From Chiloscyllium plagiosum (Eukaryota), in NCBI RefSeq assembly GCF_004010195.1, contig NC_057751.1, positions 8,685,611 through 8,749,610 on the forward strand: 64,000 nt of DNA, given 5' to 3'. The translations under genes were made by a program, and so were the position numbers. The notes below the pieces were generated by a model. That model was not told the DNA's origin, ran no database searches, and saw nothing but the letters and a program-made list of their open reading frames with translations. Positions 51,041-64,000 of the stretch are shown here, one piece after another; the stretch's first letter is position 1, and each line of letters begins with the position of its first letter.

Positions 51041-53471
51041 CCATAATTCATTCTAAGAGCACATAATCATATCTAATGTTTTGGAGGGGGACATGCATAA
51101 ATGTCTTATCAAACCAATTCCCAAAGCTAACCCTTTTTAACCAAGATGAAAATCACAATTAAAAAAATTTGATATTTCTTGGAAGTGTTTCAGTCTATCA
51201 AGTTCACAGATAATGCAGGGCACAAGGGTCAAGAACTACACAGCACTAACTACAAAAATATACGATAACAATAGGTAAGTGATGGATTTTGCTTGTCAGA
51301 TACTTTTAGCAAAATCCAAATTTAGACAAAAGGATTGGGTGTTTTTTTAAATCAATCTTCTTCCCTTCTTTCATGAAGGCATTGATTCATCATTTGTTTC
51401 CATTACCATGCATGTTCCTTTTGCTTTCCTATGTGATGCTAAACAAAGTTAGCCAGACTATTTGTTGGTGGAGGTCGCAAAGTCAAAGTGCAACTCTCTT
51501 CTCTGTTTGACACCTGTCTGCAACAGCCACTACTCTCCCAATAAGACTAAGGGATCTCGCCCAAGTTATTTCCCTCTCCTTAATTTAACTCAGAATAAGG
51601 CCAATTCCAAAAACTTCAAACTGATGCTCCCACTGGATCAACAACTCAGCAGAGGCCTGGGATCCATTCTAACTGAATGAAGATCACTGCAGTAAGGCAT
51701 GCACTTTAATTTCTGCTATTTGCAGTCAGTTGCAAATGCAGTCAAGCTCTCAACATTATTCAAGCTAGATGTAAAGAGCAATCAACCTTCACATTGCTTT
51801 GACTCCCAAATCTTTTGCATGCAGTTGCACACAGTCATTCTCAGCAACGTTGCTTGATTCAGCTGACAGGAGGTGGTCTGAAACAAGCACTCTTGCCAAG
51901 GAATTTTACATACGGGAATTCATCTTGTCACACACTTCATAAATGACACAGCCTGGCTGATAAAAGTAGATGACGCCAAAGATCATTTGACCCAACCCCT
52001 GGTTGGGACTTCAAATTGGGCTTAAGAGCAGACAGTCCCCTGCACCCAGTCCACTCCAGCCTGACTTGCATTTCTTCTGGATCCCAGAAGTGCAACCTTT
52101 AAAACAACTACATAAGGACTGAAATTTTATGAAATTATGCTCAATTTCATTCCTGCTCATTTTCAACATTGCTTCCATTTCTGATGCAATGCTACTCATT
52201 CAGTACCTTCCATGAACACAGTGAAACCCACCCTTCATTTGATGGTTTATAATTTCACTCAAGGTAGTTGGCCTTCCAAGATCAACTTCTGATCTCTTCC
52301 GAACTACTCTATTTCACCTGATTACGACTTTGAATGATGGGGTAAAAATTACACTGATGAGATCAGTTGCAACAAAGTCGTATATGTTTGCCTTAGAGGC
52401 AGAATACCAAAGGTTCACTGGTCAGATTCATTCAATGTGGTCTCTATTTTGTATAAGTTTTAGGAATGAAAGGTGATCTCATTGAAACCTTAAAAATTGC
52501 TTGAAGCGTCAGACAAAGCTAAGATATTTTGTCTGGCTGGTGATTCAATGAACCCGTGCTCAAAATGACAAACTAAATGGATGCCAATTCAGAACTGAAA
52601 GGGTTCTGAATCTTAGCAATTTCCATCTACGAAAACTGTGCATGCCAAGTTGTCACATGTATTCGAGACAGAGACCGATAAGTTTTTGAAAAAAAACATC
52701 AAAGCATTTAGTTAAGATACAGACAGAGTGGAGCCAACATAGGAAATCAAACTTCATGTTTGTGGATTGTGCAGCAGGCACCAAGCACACAAAGGCCCAC
52801 TAAGTGCAACACTTTCTGATCTTCATACGCAAGAAGAAATCAAAACAGGATCATCAAGGCTCTTGTAGCCTTCAATATAACAGTAACTTTTCCAGGAAAT
52901 GTTTGTGCACAGCCTCCAAAACTGTGGGTCATGACCTGAGATTTTGATGATCACGAACTCTGTGCCAGCCCTTGGACTCAATCCTAACACCTGCAACGCC
53001 TGTTCAAAACCTCTTTACTACTGGTGATTTTGGATGAATAGACATATCTTTAAGGTTAGATCCTTGCAACATTAATAATGTGGTCTTTTTTGGGAAAAAT
53101 CATCCTGCAATTCAAACATTCCCTACATGATGGAACCTCATACAGTGCCACCACCGCATCATCCCAGCTTTCCCTCAGATCTCTCCCCAAAAATGGTCTC
53201 ACATTTTACTTTCTCCCATCTTCTGCATGCTCTTAAATCTTTCCCTTCTTCACTCTCAATGTTTTGCTCCTGCCCTCCTCAAGATGACTCAGCTGTGGTC
53301 ACAGCAATTTTGAAGTTTCACAATGGGAAAAATTTTGCAAAGTAGAGGGTGACCAGGTGTATTAAGTGCTACCAGGGTTTAACTGTTTTAGCCTCCTTCC
53401 TCTTTTCAAAAAACATTCAGGCCTGATTCCTCTACTGTGCCCAAGAATTGCCACGTGAGCACATTACCAGA

Positions 53472-54095
53472 GGGCTGCCTGCGGTCTCCTCTACATTGGG
53501 GAGACTGGATGCCTCCTAGCAGAGCGCTTTAGGGAACACCTCCTGGACACCCGCACCAATCAACCACACCGCCCTGTGGCCCAACATTTCAACTCCCCCT
53601 CCCACTCTGCCGAGGACATGGAGGTCCTGGGCCTCCTTCACTGCCGCTCCCTCACCACCAGACGCCTCGAGGAAGAACGCCTCATCTTCTGCCTCAGAAC
53701 ACTTCAACCCCAAGGCATCAATGTGGACTTCAACAGTTTCCTCATTTCCCATTCCCCCACCTCACCCTAGTTCCAAACTTCCAACTCAGCACTGTCCCCA
53801 TGACTTGTCCTACCTGCCTATCTTCTTTTCCACCAATCCACTCCACCCTCCTCCCTAACCTATCACCTTCATCCCCTCCCCCACTCACCTATTATACTCT
53901 ATGCTACTTTCTCCCCACCCCCACCCTCCTTTCACTTATCTCTCCACCCTTCAGGCTCTCTGCCTGTATTCCTGATGAAGGGTTTTTGCCCGAAACGTCG
54001 ATTTTACTGCTCCTTGGATGCTGCCTGAACTGCTGTGCTCTTCCAGCACCACTAATCCAGAATCTGGTTTCCAGCATCTGGAGTCATTGCTTTGA
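53472..54095 (+). mobile_element. Penelope-like element 3' fragment (GIY-YIG endonuclease plus terminal repeat)
   Basis: CGLLYIGETGCLLAERFREHL..PVAQHFNSPSHS..RRLEEERLIFCLRTLQPQGIN, then a C-rich tract and the terminal repeat. Confidence 0.9.
53968..54003 (+). ncRNA. Minimal hammerhead ribozyme motif (Penelope-associated)
   Basis: AUUC-CUGAUGA-A-GGGU(UUUU)GCCC-GAAAC-GUC-GAUU: core boxes, stem II, ACGU palindromic stem III and GUC cleavage triplet. Confidence 0.65.
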
Positions 54096-54522
54096 CCTAG
54101 TTTGCACCCAATAGAAGCATTATCTTCCTTTTTGACTTTCAGGGGACAAGAAACAAAAAGAAAAAGATCAATATTTGACAAGTTAGACATGAAAATTATC
54201 AAATCTGTGTTTGGTGGGAGTAATAGGAGAAGGATATAAGCAATTGAATCAAACAAAGAGGTACATCTCAAATCTGGACCAATTACTTATCTGCTCTAAC
54301 AATAGCCAAAACTACACGAAACAATCAGTACTAGTTGCACGAAACCCATACATTTCTAGCTTTTCATAACGTAACGCATTAGTTGATCCATTAACTCCCT
54401 GACCAAGTTAGTTGCTTACAAATTTACCTCAGTAGACTTTTGCAATTACTTACACTAAGGCTCCACATATGATGAAAATTAACAAAGTGAAAATGATTAT
54501 TGAAAATAAAACAAAATCTTAC

Positions 54523-54707
54523 AGATCATGGTTGTGCCCCCAGCCAGAGCTGCTTTTGTTCCTTGGAAAAAGTCATCAGCTGCTGTCATCCCTTTGACAG
54601 GCATCTGCAGGCGGGTGTGGACATCAATGCCACCAGGAATAACCATTCGTCCATGGGCATCAGCAACTTTCACCCCACCGGGTACGATCAGATTTTCACC
54701 AATCTGC
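54523..54707 (-). CDS. DPYSL2: DPYSL2 coding exon 3
   Basis: tag|G...ATCT|gtaaga; [61 protein letters not shown]; 185 nt. HTR replaces the dihydropyrimidinase HxH motif, as expected for a non-catalytic CRMP. Confidence 0.97.
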
Positions 54708-54812
54708 CTAGGTACGTGACAAACAAGTCCGTTTGTGTTTTAAAATGGAAGGATTTATTGATTAAAGACTTCTCTTAAAGACTTAATACAAAGGTGAGCA
54801 AAGCCATCTTAC

Positions 54813-54901
54813 TTGATCAGACCATCTTCTACGTAAATATCAGCAAAGAAAGACTGGTCATCATTGACGATTTTTCCTCCTTTTACTAGCATGCGCTCAC
54901 T
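54813..54901 (-). CDS. DPYSL2: DPYSL2 coding exon 2
   Basis: cag|AGT...AA|gtaaga; [30 protein letters not shown]; 89 nt. Confidence 0.97.
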
Positions 54902-55786
54902 CTGGAAGAGATTTTGTAAAGACTGACATTCTTTAGCAGTTTCAAGTACCTCTGCTCCTCTGACAAGTGAGCATAATTTATCACCAACATGATTCTAAAA
55001 TAAAACCAAAAGCATTGCATGCAAACCTGCACCATTTCTACCAAATACCAACAGATTTTTATCTTCCACCAGTTTGATTTAATTATCTATGAAGCCAGGT
55101 AATATTTTTCCTGAATGACTACATATGAGGTCTAAATCTATTACGCCACCTTGAATTTTGCAGACAACTATAATCAGCATAATCCAAGGCTAATTGTGAC
55201 TTAATTTGAAAATACAGCACAAATGAATGAGTTTGAAGTAAAATTGATCATAAACAATAAAATCACAAGACTGAAATCATACTAAACACCATAAAATTAA
55301 CAAAATAAATCGGTCATTTTTGGTGGAGCTCCTGAGGAGAAAAAGAGGAAATGGTTACTGTACGTGAAACTTATAATGCATTGCGTTTTGGAAGGATTTG
55401 ACAATTTCTCACCGTTGAACAAGCATTATTTTTTGAATGACGTTTCTATTTGTTTGTCTAAACATAATTTAAAAAGCAAATCGTATAATCATATCATACT
55501 CGGGGGAAAGGGCGGAGAAGAGAGACAGAAAAATCTCGCCACCCGCCTCTGTGCAGCCACCGCCATTATCTCCTGTAAGGGTTGCACAGTCGCTGTCCTT
55601 GGTCCCACAAAATGAAAAATACGTTATTGCTGGATTTAGATCATGTAACTGGGCTCTCGAAACAACATTCGAACACTGCATTTAGTCAGGTATTCTGGAT
55701 CGGTATTTCTGTCTGAAATTAACATGAATGCAACGCTATATTTTTAAGAACAACCCCTAATATCCATAATGGCCCTGAATCCTTAC

Positions 55787-55825
55787 CGTAATACGCGGGA
55801 TGTTTTTCTTGCCTTGATAAGACAT
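55787..55825 (-). CDS. DPYSL2: DPYSL2/CRMP2 coding exon 1 (short CRMP2B-type N-terminus)
   Basis: ATG at 55825 reads MSYQGKKNIPRIT, matching the human CRMP2 N-terminus as recalled; donor ACG|gtaagg; 39 nt. Confidence 0.97.
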
Positions 55826-56100
55826 GACTGCACTGATCAGCGGATTCGAACACGAAAATGCTCAATGCAGTAGCTGCAGCTACAGACCGGTTGCGATTCT
55901 TCTTAAATAACGTATTTTTTTATGCCTCTTGCAGCCTCCTCTTTATGGCCGACCGTTTCCAATTGGGAGACAGCCCAACAAGAATAGATGAGGCTGCAGC
56001 TACAGGCATGCGCTTCGCCGCACCCAACTTTAAGCCAAGTCCAGCCCCTTTACTGTCCCGATTGGTTTCAATCAAATCAACGTGCGACAAGGCTCTATCT
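55826..56100 (-). promoter_or_regulatory. Putative promoter and 5' UTR of the short DPYSL2 isoform
   Basis: Locally CpG-enriched; ATTGG/CCAAT motifs near 55962 and 56061; NRF1-like GCATGCGC near 56007; TATA-like CATAAA motifs upstream of the ATG. Confidence 0.5.
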
Positions 56101-59100
56101 TGGCTTTGTTTTCAGCCATGATCATCTGTACAGCTTGACAGAGCATTCGAGAAACTATGTTCATTGGGATGACTTGTTTCCTTTGTTGAAAGTGATTAGG
56201 CCTTCTTTTGCAAATTAGAGTGGGCATGAGAAGAGTGAAAATCTGCAGCAAGACTAAACAACCCAAAATAGTTTCGAACTTGCCTGTCCTGACACAATTC
56301 GTCGTCCGCGACATGCAACTGTCCGCCATCCCATATGAAAGAGACTGGCCGACAAACCGAGTTTCTTGTCCCAATACTGAGAGAAAAATCAGTCGTCGGA
56401 CTCAAAAACGTTAACTGTCTTTCTCCCATCACCGATCCCGTCATTTCTGCTGAGTTTCTCCAGCATTTCCTCCTTGCACTTCAGATAACTTTAGTTTAGG
56501 TTAAATCCGAGAAATGGAGTTCAAGGTCTTCTCAAGATTGTAGTTAAGAATTTCGTGACCGGGATTGACGACAGAAACCCTGGATTAGCTGCCAAGCCAA
56601 TTCTTTAGTCTCGTTTTTATCTGACGTTTAATACTGTTACTTCGTTGTTTTGTTGACTGGCGTTTTGTTAATTCATGCTTAAGATACTTCAGCTTTGGGT
56701 TTGAAATACAGAAGACAAGATTAAATTTTGTTATTACTTTCTTCAACTGGTTCACTATGGTCTTTAGGAAACTGCCATCCTTACCTGTTCTGGCCTCTGA
56801 CTCCAGACCCACAGCAATGTGGCTGACTCTGAATCGCCCTCTGGGCCATTAGGGATGAGCAATACAATCTGGCTGAGCCAGCAACATCCTCATCCCACAA
56901 ATGAATGACAAAAATTACTTGTCCTTTAAACTGTGGTGTTTTGCAGCCGGATTGTTTCACCCACTGGGATTTTGGATTTCTTGTAGTTGATAAAGGCTAC
57001 TTAACCAAGATCATAACACATCTTTACCAGCTTCTGTTCAGTGGCCTCCCGTTATTGAGTGACCAGATTAGTTTCTAAATGCTTCAGGTATGCAATGCTA
57101 CCAAGTCTTTTTGCATTAGTGGAGAAGAACCCAGCTTATTTGTACAGTTCATTCCAATCACTCTCAGCCCAAGGTTAATTGGAAAAAACTTGGTCAGGAA
57201 CCTTTCTTTTTGCTGGCAACCATTGAACCATATACCTTCAGCGTTTTGTGAGGGGAGAATGAAGAGACTGGGTAATTCGAAAGAGGGAAGAGATGTGAGA
57301 AGCGGCTGTCAGTGGACAATAAGCAAGGAATATATCTACTGTTGCACAGCTTGAAAATATTTCAGAAAAACTCCCTTACTCTTAGACCTGTTGCCACTCC
57401 TGCCCCACTTTCTTCTGAGATGGCTGATACAGCTCCACATCTTAGTGAGAATTGCTTGTACTGATAACTTCCATTGGAAACAAAAATTGCAACCCAACAG
57501 CCTTGCATTCTGCTAATGTTCTTATTTTGGGATGGAAACTTGCTCAACCTCATAACAGAGTCTGGCACTGTGAGTGCGACTTGTTAGGATCTTTAGGTTC
57601 CAGGTACATAGAATTCATCTTCAAAAGATTGGACAATATTTTTACACACCATTCATTAGACAGATGTTTCGCTGAAAACCAATTACACATTAATTTTAAT
57701 GCATGAATGATCTGGGTACTATGAGATCTTTTCTGTGACATTAACTGAAAATCTATTATTTTGAAAACCTTGGAACTTACAGCTTCAAAGGATCTCTTTA
57801 GAAATTGTATTAATCATATGAGACATGACCATAAGGTATGCAATTACATCTTTCTCACTGTCTTGCAACTTTGCTCAACAGTTATCAAAATTCTTATTGA
57901 AGGATCATCATGAAGCCAAAGGTAATGAGGCTTATTCATTACTTAAAACTTCAAATAATGTTGATCAATACAAAGATTATCAAAATCTTTCCAAGTTCCA
58001 AATTAACTTGTAGTCCACAAAACAAATTTAAGTGAATGTACTTCGTTCTTAGCTTCAAAGTAGCTTTTGGTACAGCCTGTTTAATTTCAATCTTGTGACC
58101 TACCTTGTTCACAACTAATTTCAGCTCATCGCAGTCTGTCAGGCATACTGGATTTACTCAGGACTGAGCACACAATTTCTGAGTTGCTGGAATGCATTAG
58201 CCACAAGACGGAAAATCAAAATGCACACAATGATTTTCAGACAAAATTAACAGCAGCAAACATCCCTCTAAATTTCTGCTGGGCTCTCAGGCTACCAGAT
58301 TCCACATTTGTTCATCCAGAGTACTTGTTGAGAAACCAGTCCCCTGCTTAGGGGGGGCTAATGCTATAGTCCCGAAGTGACAGCCAGCTGTCTTGCTAAT
58401 ACTTCTGCATCAAAATATGGTTATAACATCGGAAACCTCATCATCATGCAACAACTGCTTTATGATCAAGAGATTTGGGACTTCGGGAATCGGGAGTATT
58501 GATAAATGTGCCAACATGGAGTTAGGTCACAGCTAAGCAATAACGTGTCAGCAGTTAGAACAACTTTCTTGGCTCCAAATTTGACTTTTTTTTTTCCTTC
58601 GCCTTCTGCAATTTTCTAATAAAGCTTACATGAACTCAAAGAAGCGCCCTTCATCCTGGAACTGGATCACACTTAATCTTTGGGATTTAATCCTGAGTTC
58701 AACAATTTTAGATTGTAACCTCTGCTCACATGTGATTTTTAATTTTTTTTTTGTTTCCAAGTCTATTTCCCCATTTTCCTTTTGCTTTGAATGACAGTTT
58801 TGCAAATTTGATGATCTACTCATTGTTTCTTTACTGGTCATGTCAGCTACCTCTTTGCCTTTGCACCATGAAATCTTGTGTCCTTTAATTCCTCCCACAT
58901 TTACCTACCACTGCCTATAATCAAAGACTTGACTTTTTATTCTTCTTTCCACCTTCTTCTATTCTATTTGCTCAAAGTTTGTTACATGTCACGCTTTTCC
59001 CCACTTACATTAACTCAATTTCATTTTGTAATGATGCCAAGTCTTGCTGCATATTCTATTCTGATCTTTCTCAGTGATTTTCTTCTGAACGCCGAATTAT

Positions 59101-59429
59101 TTCTGTTACTTTTTATTCATTATAGGCTCCAACTCTGAAGCATTCCTCTGCTCTATGATTGAATAGAAGTCTTCCAAATCAATAATCAGAACTGATAGTC
59201 AGATAAAGACCAGACAGACACTGGACAATGTTCAATTACTTTGAATTTCACATCGTGGCTGAGCAAATAAGTGAAATGCTTCTGACCATGCTATTTGAAT
59301 TAAAGTTCCAAACCATTTTTACAAAACAATTAAATGGATTTCTTTAAAGAGCAACAGTTAAACAGCTTGGTAAAGTTAGCTCCCGCAGAGCTATTTGGAA
59401 ACCCTTGTTGTGCAAGACAACACTGGCAA

Positions 59430-59870
59430 CCATAAAGTCCTTCATCCTCCACTTGCCTGTGTGCTCAACAGCATCCTGGATGAAGCAGCTTGTTTGATCG
59501 GCATCAGATCCACCAGCTTCAATGTACACTGACATTAGTGATGAACAGTGGCAACTGCGTCCACATCTTAAAATTCCAGTGCTGCAATTCAAGATGATAG
59601 CCCTTTCCAAACCCACAATCTCTACCATCTGGAAGCACAAAGATGTATTTATGGGAACAAATTCCTTGCAAGTTTCCTCCAAACCAAACAACCACCTGAC
59701 TGAAACCTCCATCACTCTTCATGGTTGCAGGGTCAAGATCTTGGCGCTCCTTTCCTCAAATTGTGCATACATCTACATTCTGAAGGAGATAACTCCCCAT
59801 CACCGCCTCAAGGGCAGTTAGGCATAAGCAATCAGTAATGTCCCAGCCAGCAATGTACACATTTTGTGTA
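59430..59870 (+). mobile_element. Degenerate LINE 3' region (CR1/L2-like); related short tail at about 56730-56910
   Basis: AAGCAGCTTGTTTGATCGGCA...GGGCAGTTAGGCATAAGCAAT...CCAGCCAGCAA tail shared with 56840-56890. Confidence 0.5.
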
Positions 59871-60649
59871 TTACGTAAAACCATAGAGGTGAACCAATAT
59901 GGCCTGCTTATTCCTTCACAATCTGGAGCACCCTTGTTATGAATGGGAAACCAGAGAGAGGTTGGAGGTCAAATTCATGTCACAGCCACTCATTTCTCAT
60001 ATTACGGCAAAGCTTCTCAATGTTGTGACAGTATCCAATATCAATTGCCACTGTGCGGCTGCATCTTGGTTATGCCCACTTCGAACTATCTACAATTCTG
60101 AAAGCTGAATACAACCTTCTTGTGCGACTGCAGTTGCCTTGGAAACAGGAGAGCCGATCTGTCCTCTGCACTCTATTCTTTTCTCTCAAAACTGCAACCG
60201 GCAGGACTGGGAGTTCAGCCAACTGCTCCCAACTTAATCATGTTTAGAGTGCGGTGGATCACAGGTGAGAGAAGATCCAAGGTTCAAGCGCAAGTTCAGA
60301 TACAGTTCATAAACAGATAGGACCAGCAGCAGTTAATTCTGCAACATTGTAATTCATGTTCAAACCAGATATCAAGGAAGAGATTAAACTGACTTTGCCC
60401 ATGTAGAGGTTCACATAAACAACGTAGAAAACCAATATTAATTTGAAATATTTTGTGGAGAAGCATCCTGCAGGCATTTGTTAACTGTTAAAATACCAAT
60501 ACAACAGATTAAGTCTGCTACATCTTCTTGCTCTGAGCAAGTTCCCCAATGTTCCAGTTCAATACCTTCAGCTTCCTTGTAGCTTTGGGATAATAAAATT
60601 CGACAGAACAGCATGATGAAGTAAAACTTGACATTAAGCCACAAGAGGA

Positions 60650-60882
60650 CATAAGTAAAAATTGCTCAAGAGCCTCAGCAGGTCTGGCCATATCTGTGGC
60701 GAGAAAACATAACGAGTGTTGCAGTCCAATGACCCTCTCCAGAATTGTGTTCAAAGCATTTCTGAAGAAGGATCACTGGAGTCAAACATGAATTGTTTTC
60801 TCTCCACAGATGTGGCTATACCAGAGTTTCTTCAGACTTTTTTCTTTTGTTTCAGATCTCCAGCATGCTAGGTTTTATTTTA
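60650..60882. mobile_element. Old head-to-head Penelope-like terminal repeats
   Basis: CAGCAGGTCTGGCCATATCTGTGG versus TCTCTCCACAGATGTGG inverted; decayed CTGAAGAAGGATCACTGGAGTCAAAC hammerhead remnant. Confidence 0.5.
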
Positions 60883-63800
60883 GAGCTGACAGCCCTAGCA
60901 ATGAATGAACTATAATCAATGGCTGTAATTCAAGTTGGTGATGGACAACAATCTCGAACTGGTGGAGGGCAGATAGGTCTGAGGGTTATGGAGCCTAAGT
61001 CGGTCACAGAGACAAGCAGTTAAGCAGCCTTGGAGAGATATGGAAACAGGTTTTAAGATCAAGCCAATGCAGATCAAAATGCAGAGGTGATGTACGAAAG
61101 AATGCTGTGCAAATGCAAGTCATTAGAGTTTTAGATGATGGAGTTTATAGAGTGTTCCAGAATATGGCTCATTCATTGAGGTGACAATCCTTCACATGTT
61201 CACTGCTGAAATTGACTGGGACAAATTTAACACTCATACTTGCTATGTTGCAAGGTTTTCCTTTCCTCTTTTTGCTGAGGAAATCTCATCAAGTCAAGTG
61301 TCGTCGTTTCGGTCCAATTGGTGCAGTCTTCGGACTGACACTGGAGGAGAAATTCTTTGGCAGTGCACACACTGCGAAGTCCCTGAAAGAATGCATTTAT
61401 ATATGCATAGCCCAGAGACCTAGTTTGTCACTGAACCAGTCTTCAAGTTGGAAGGGGTAGACAACATGGAAAAAAAAATTCAATACACAGATCCATTAGC
61501 CCATACCCAAAAGTTAAAGAGATATGTCACACACCCACAGTGTCGATGTTCAATTCAGGAACTGAAAAAACAAAGCCTTGCTATCACTTGTCTGATCGTC
61601 ATGCTTTAGACCAAGACACTCAGAGCGGATGGTTATACTGTTCACATGGAAATAGCATTCTTTATGGCAACAGATGCAAGTAAATGGCTACTTTCCACTG
61701 AGTATGCTTTCATTTTTGTATAACATCTGTGAGCAGGTGGATCTTAAAGCTCATCTCTGTTTAGGAGCAGTATGAAGTTCTCTATGAAACATTGCACACT
61801 CAGCCATCTGTGCCATCCCAAAGCAATTTGCTGCAAGTGGACATTTACCAGGTGAACATTTTGGACAATCATCCCCACCACCTCCAACTCCAACCAAAAC
61901 AGATTTGTGGGATTAGCTCCTTAACATTGGGTACAGCAGCTCCAAAATACAGGTCACCAACACTTCTGAGTCAATTGGGTTGGCAAGCACTGCTCACCTT
62001 GCTTGGAGCAGTGAATAAGTTTGGGAAAAAAAAAACCTCAGTTCATCATTAATTGTGGGATTTCACTTTGTGACACAAGGTCACCACAGTTGTACAATAA
62101 TCACTGTTTTCCAACGTAATTCATCATACATGAAATACTTGGACATGTTTCAAGGCAATGGGATCTATATATACATTATTTTTTTACCTCCATACATGGA
62201 GCAAAAGATGCTGAATACCTTGTTGCTAGCAGAGTAGGTGAAGGTACTCAGGGGCTGCCAAACACACGAGGTCATAATTCAGATTCCTAGTTAGCAGGGC
62301 TAATATTAAACACGTCAGCAATAATTTAACTGTTGCAACTGTCCTCCACATTGCTGTTGCCTAATCAGCAATTATTGGTCAAAATGGAAACTGGGAGAAT
62401 GGCATGTCAGGATAGGATCAAACCAAACTATTATACACTCAGCATTCCAATAGTCAGTTGGCACTACCTTGACTTCAATAAGGATGAGTTCACATGCGGC
62501 TTGTACTTGAAAACCTTAAACAAAAGCCAGCAATTAAAAGCACTAAAAGGAAATTTTAACCATTAGTATATCTTTTATTTTCACACAATTTCACACTCTC
62601 TTTCATGGGAGACAGCATTTTTTTTGTTTCCATGTTACATACACAACAGGAAAATATAAATTTATGATTCAAACTTGTAATTTTGGATAATGGAAATCAA
62701 TTCTGTTTCATGTGTGTTGCCAAGTCAATTATAAATAGCACCACAGTGCTGATAGGTTTCTGGAGAGACAATTGTCATGACATTCAACCAACCAGTGTGC
62801 AGCACAACATCAGAACATGTAAATTTGTCCAATCACAGGATGTAAGCCCTGGAGCTATGGATTGGCCCTGTGCTTCAGATAGAGTTGCTCTTTTGGTCTG
62901 GTCAATTTTTGAGCCTGATTCCTCCAGATTAACTGGAGTGAAGTCAGCCTGTTACCCTGGCCCCACCATGTCAGAAATAGCCACGATTTCAAGTTTGCCA
63001 GATGGCATGAAGCAATAATTGCTCCTGAAAAGGCAAAACTGCTTTTTCATCATCTCTGTATTGCTGGACAACTGCTCGATTACATAATATTGTTTATTTT
63101 TAAATGGTTTAATGGCCAATTTCATTAAAAAATGTGAAATTTCACAATATGCTTCAATCAAAACTTGAAATTCCTTGTGTCCGAATGATTTTCCACATGC
63201 AAAGTACTCAGTCCTCAATTCCGGGAATTCCATTATTTTCCAGGGGCAGTTCCACATGCGTCCCCAAATGCCCTTCGATTTCCTGGTCCTGTGAAGGTCA
63301 TCGGGATGGTCAGGGTTGCACGGCTGACCAGGGAAGCCGTGACAATTGGGATCCATTTCAGTGTGCAGCACACAAGATGAACAAGAGAGATGGTTTAGGG
63401 CAGGAAATCTATTCCACTTTGGGTGGAATTTATGTGCAGGCAGGGATGCAGCGAGATCATTTGCTGGCAAATGACAGCTCGTTGGAATAATATGTATTTT
63501 AGGCCCACATCCTACACCTCTATACTCTGCTGATACTCACTGCTTAGGTTCATACCAAGAATCATTAATTGCTAGAGCCAGCCAACACCAAAGAATCATA
63601 CCAGATCAAGGATATATAGCTCAAGCACATTTCACGTGTTAAGGCAGATTAGGTTCAGCCAGTGGACTTATCAATGGTCAATGCAACTCAAGTCATCACA
63701 TAATAATTCACATGTATAACAACTAAACATTATAGAAATTGAGGAACCAACATCAATGGCAAGAGTAGGAATGATATTCTTTGCTAAGTCCACCATACAT

Positions 63801-64000
63801 GAATATTTGCAATCATTAGGACTCATTATATCCTTGTCTGTCAACTTGCAGTCTTGTTTTCAGTCCAACAGCACATTTTGTGTTATAAGATTACTTAGTT
63901 GAACCAAGTGCTGAGAGTTCTTCGCACCGTTTTGAGTTTCTATCAATTTTGCTGACTACAAGAGACAAGGGGAGGAACACCCGAATGAACAAAGCAAGTA

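Noticed and set aside
62952..63490. 172-aa and 118-aa overlapping ORFs
   Set aside because: No recognisable protein family or convincing splice context; probably an old repeat or chance.

Overview
Eukaryotic DNA from a vertebrate, most likely a shark or other cartilaginous fish (inferred from HE1/V-SINE-type SINEs, abundant CR1 LINEs, Penelope-like elements and a Deu-domain SINE). The one recognisable protein-coding gene is DPYSL2 (CRMP2) on the minus strand. All 14 coding exons of the short (CRMP2B-type) isoform were reconstructed by hand from ATG at 55825 to TGA at 27288, with GT-AG junctions, giving 1719 nt and 572 aa. A likely poly(A) region lies at about 25.7 kb. The rest is intronic or intergenic DNA rich in decayed transposons: CR1 LINEs (one near full length), SINEs, Penelope-like fragments with minimal hammerhead-ribozyme motifs, solo LTRs and TA-flanked MITEs. 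Main points for a second look: (1) a 120-bp inverted repeat downstream of DPYSL2 with a 58-bp perfect core and G-U-biased differences in the gene's orientation; (2) hammerhead motifs in Penelope termini; (3) a foldback Penelope insertion with a target-site duplication; (4) CRMP2 lacking the Y32 and T555 phosphosites; (5) a CpG-rich putative promoter at about 8.3-9.1 kb with candidate non-coding minus-strand exons of an unidentified transcript. No prokaryote-type system (CRISPR, operon) is present, and I cannot demonstrate a wholly new biological system. Repeat boundaries are approximate, and family names come from recall rather than database searches.
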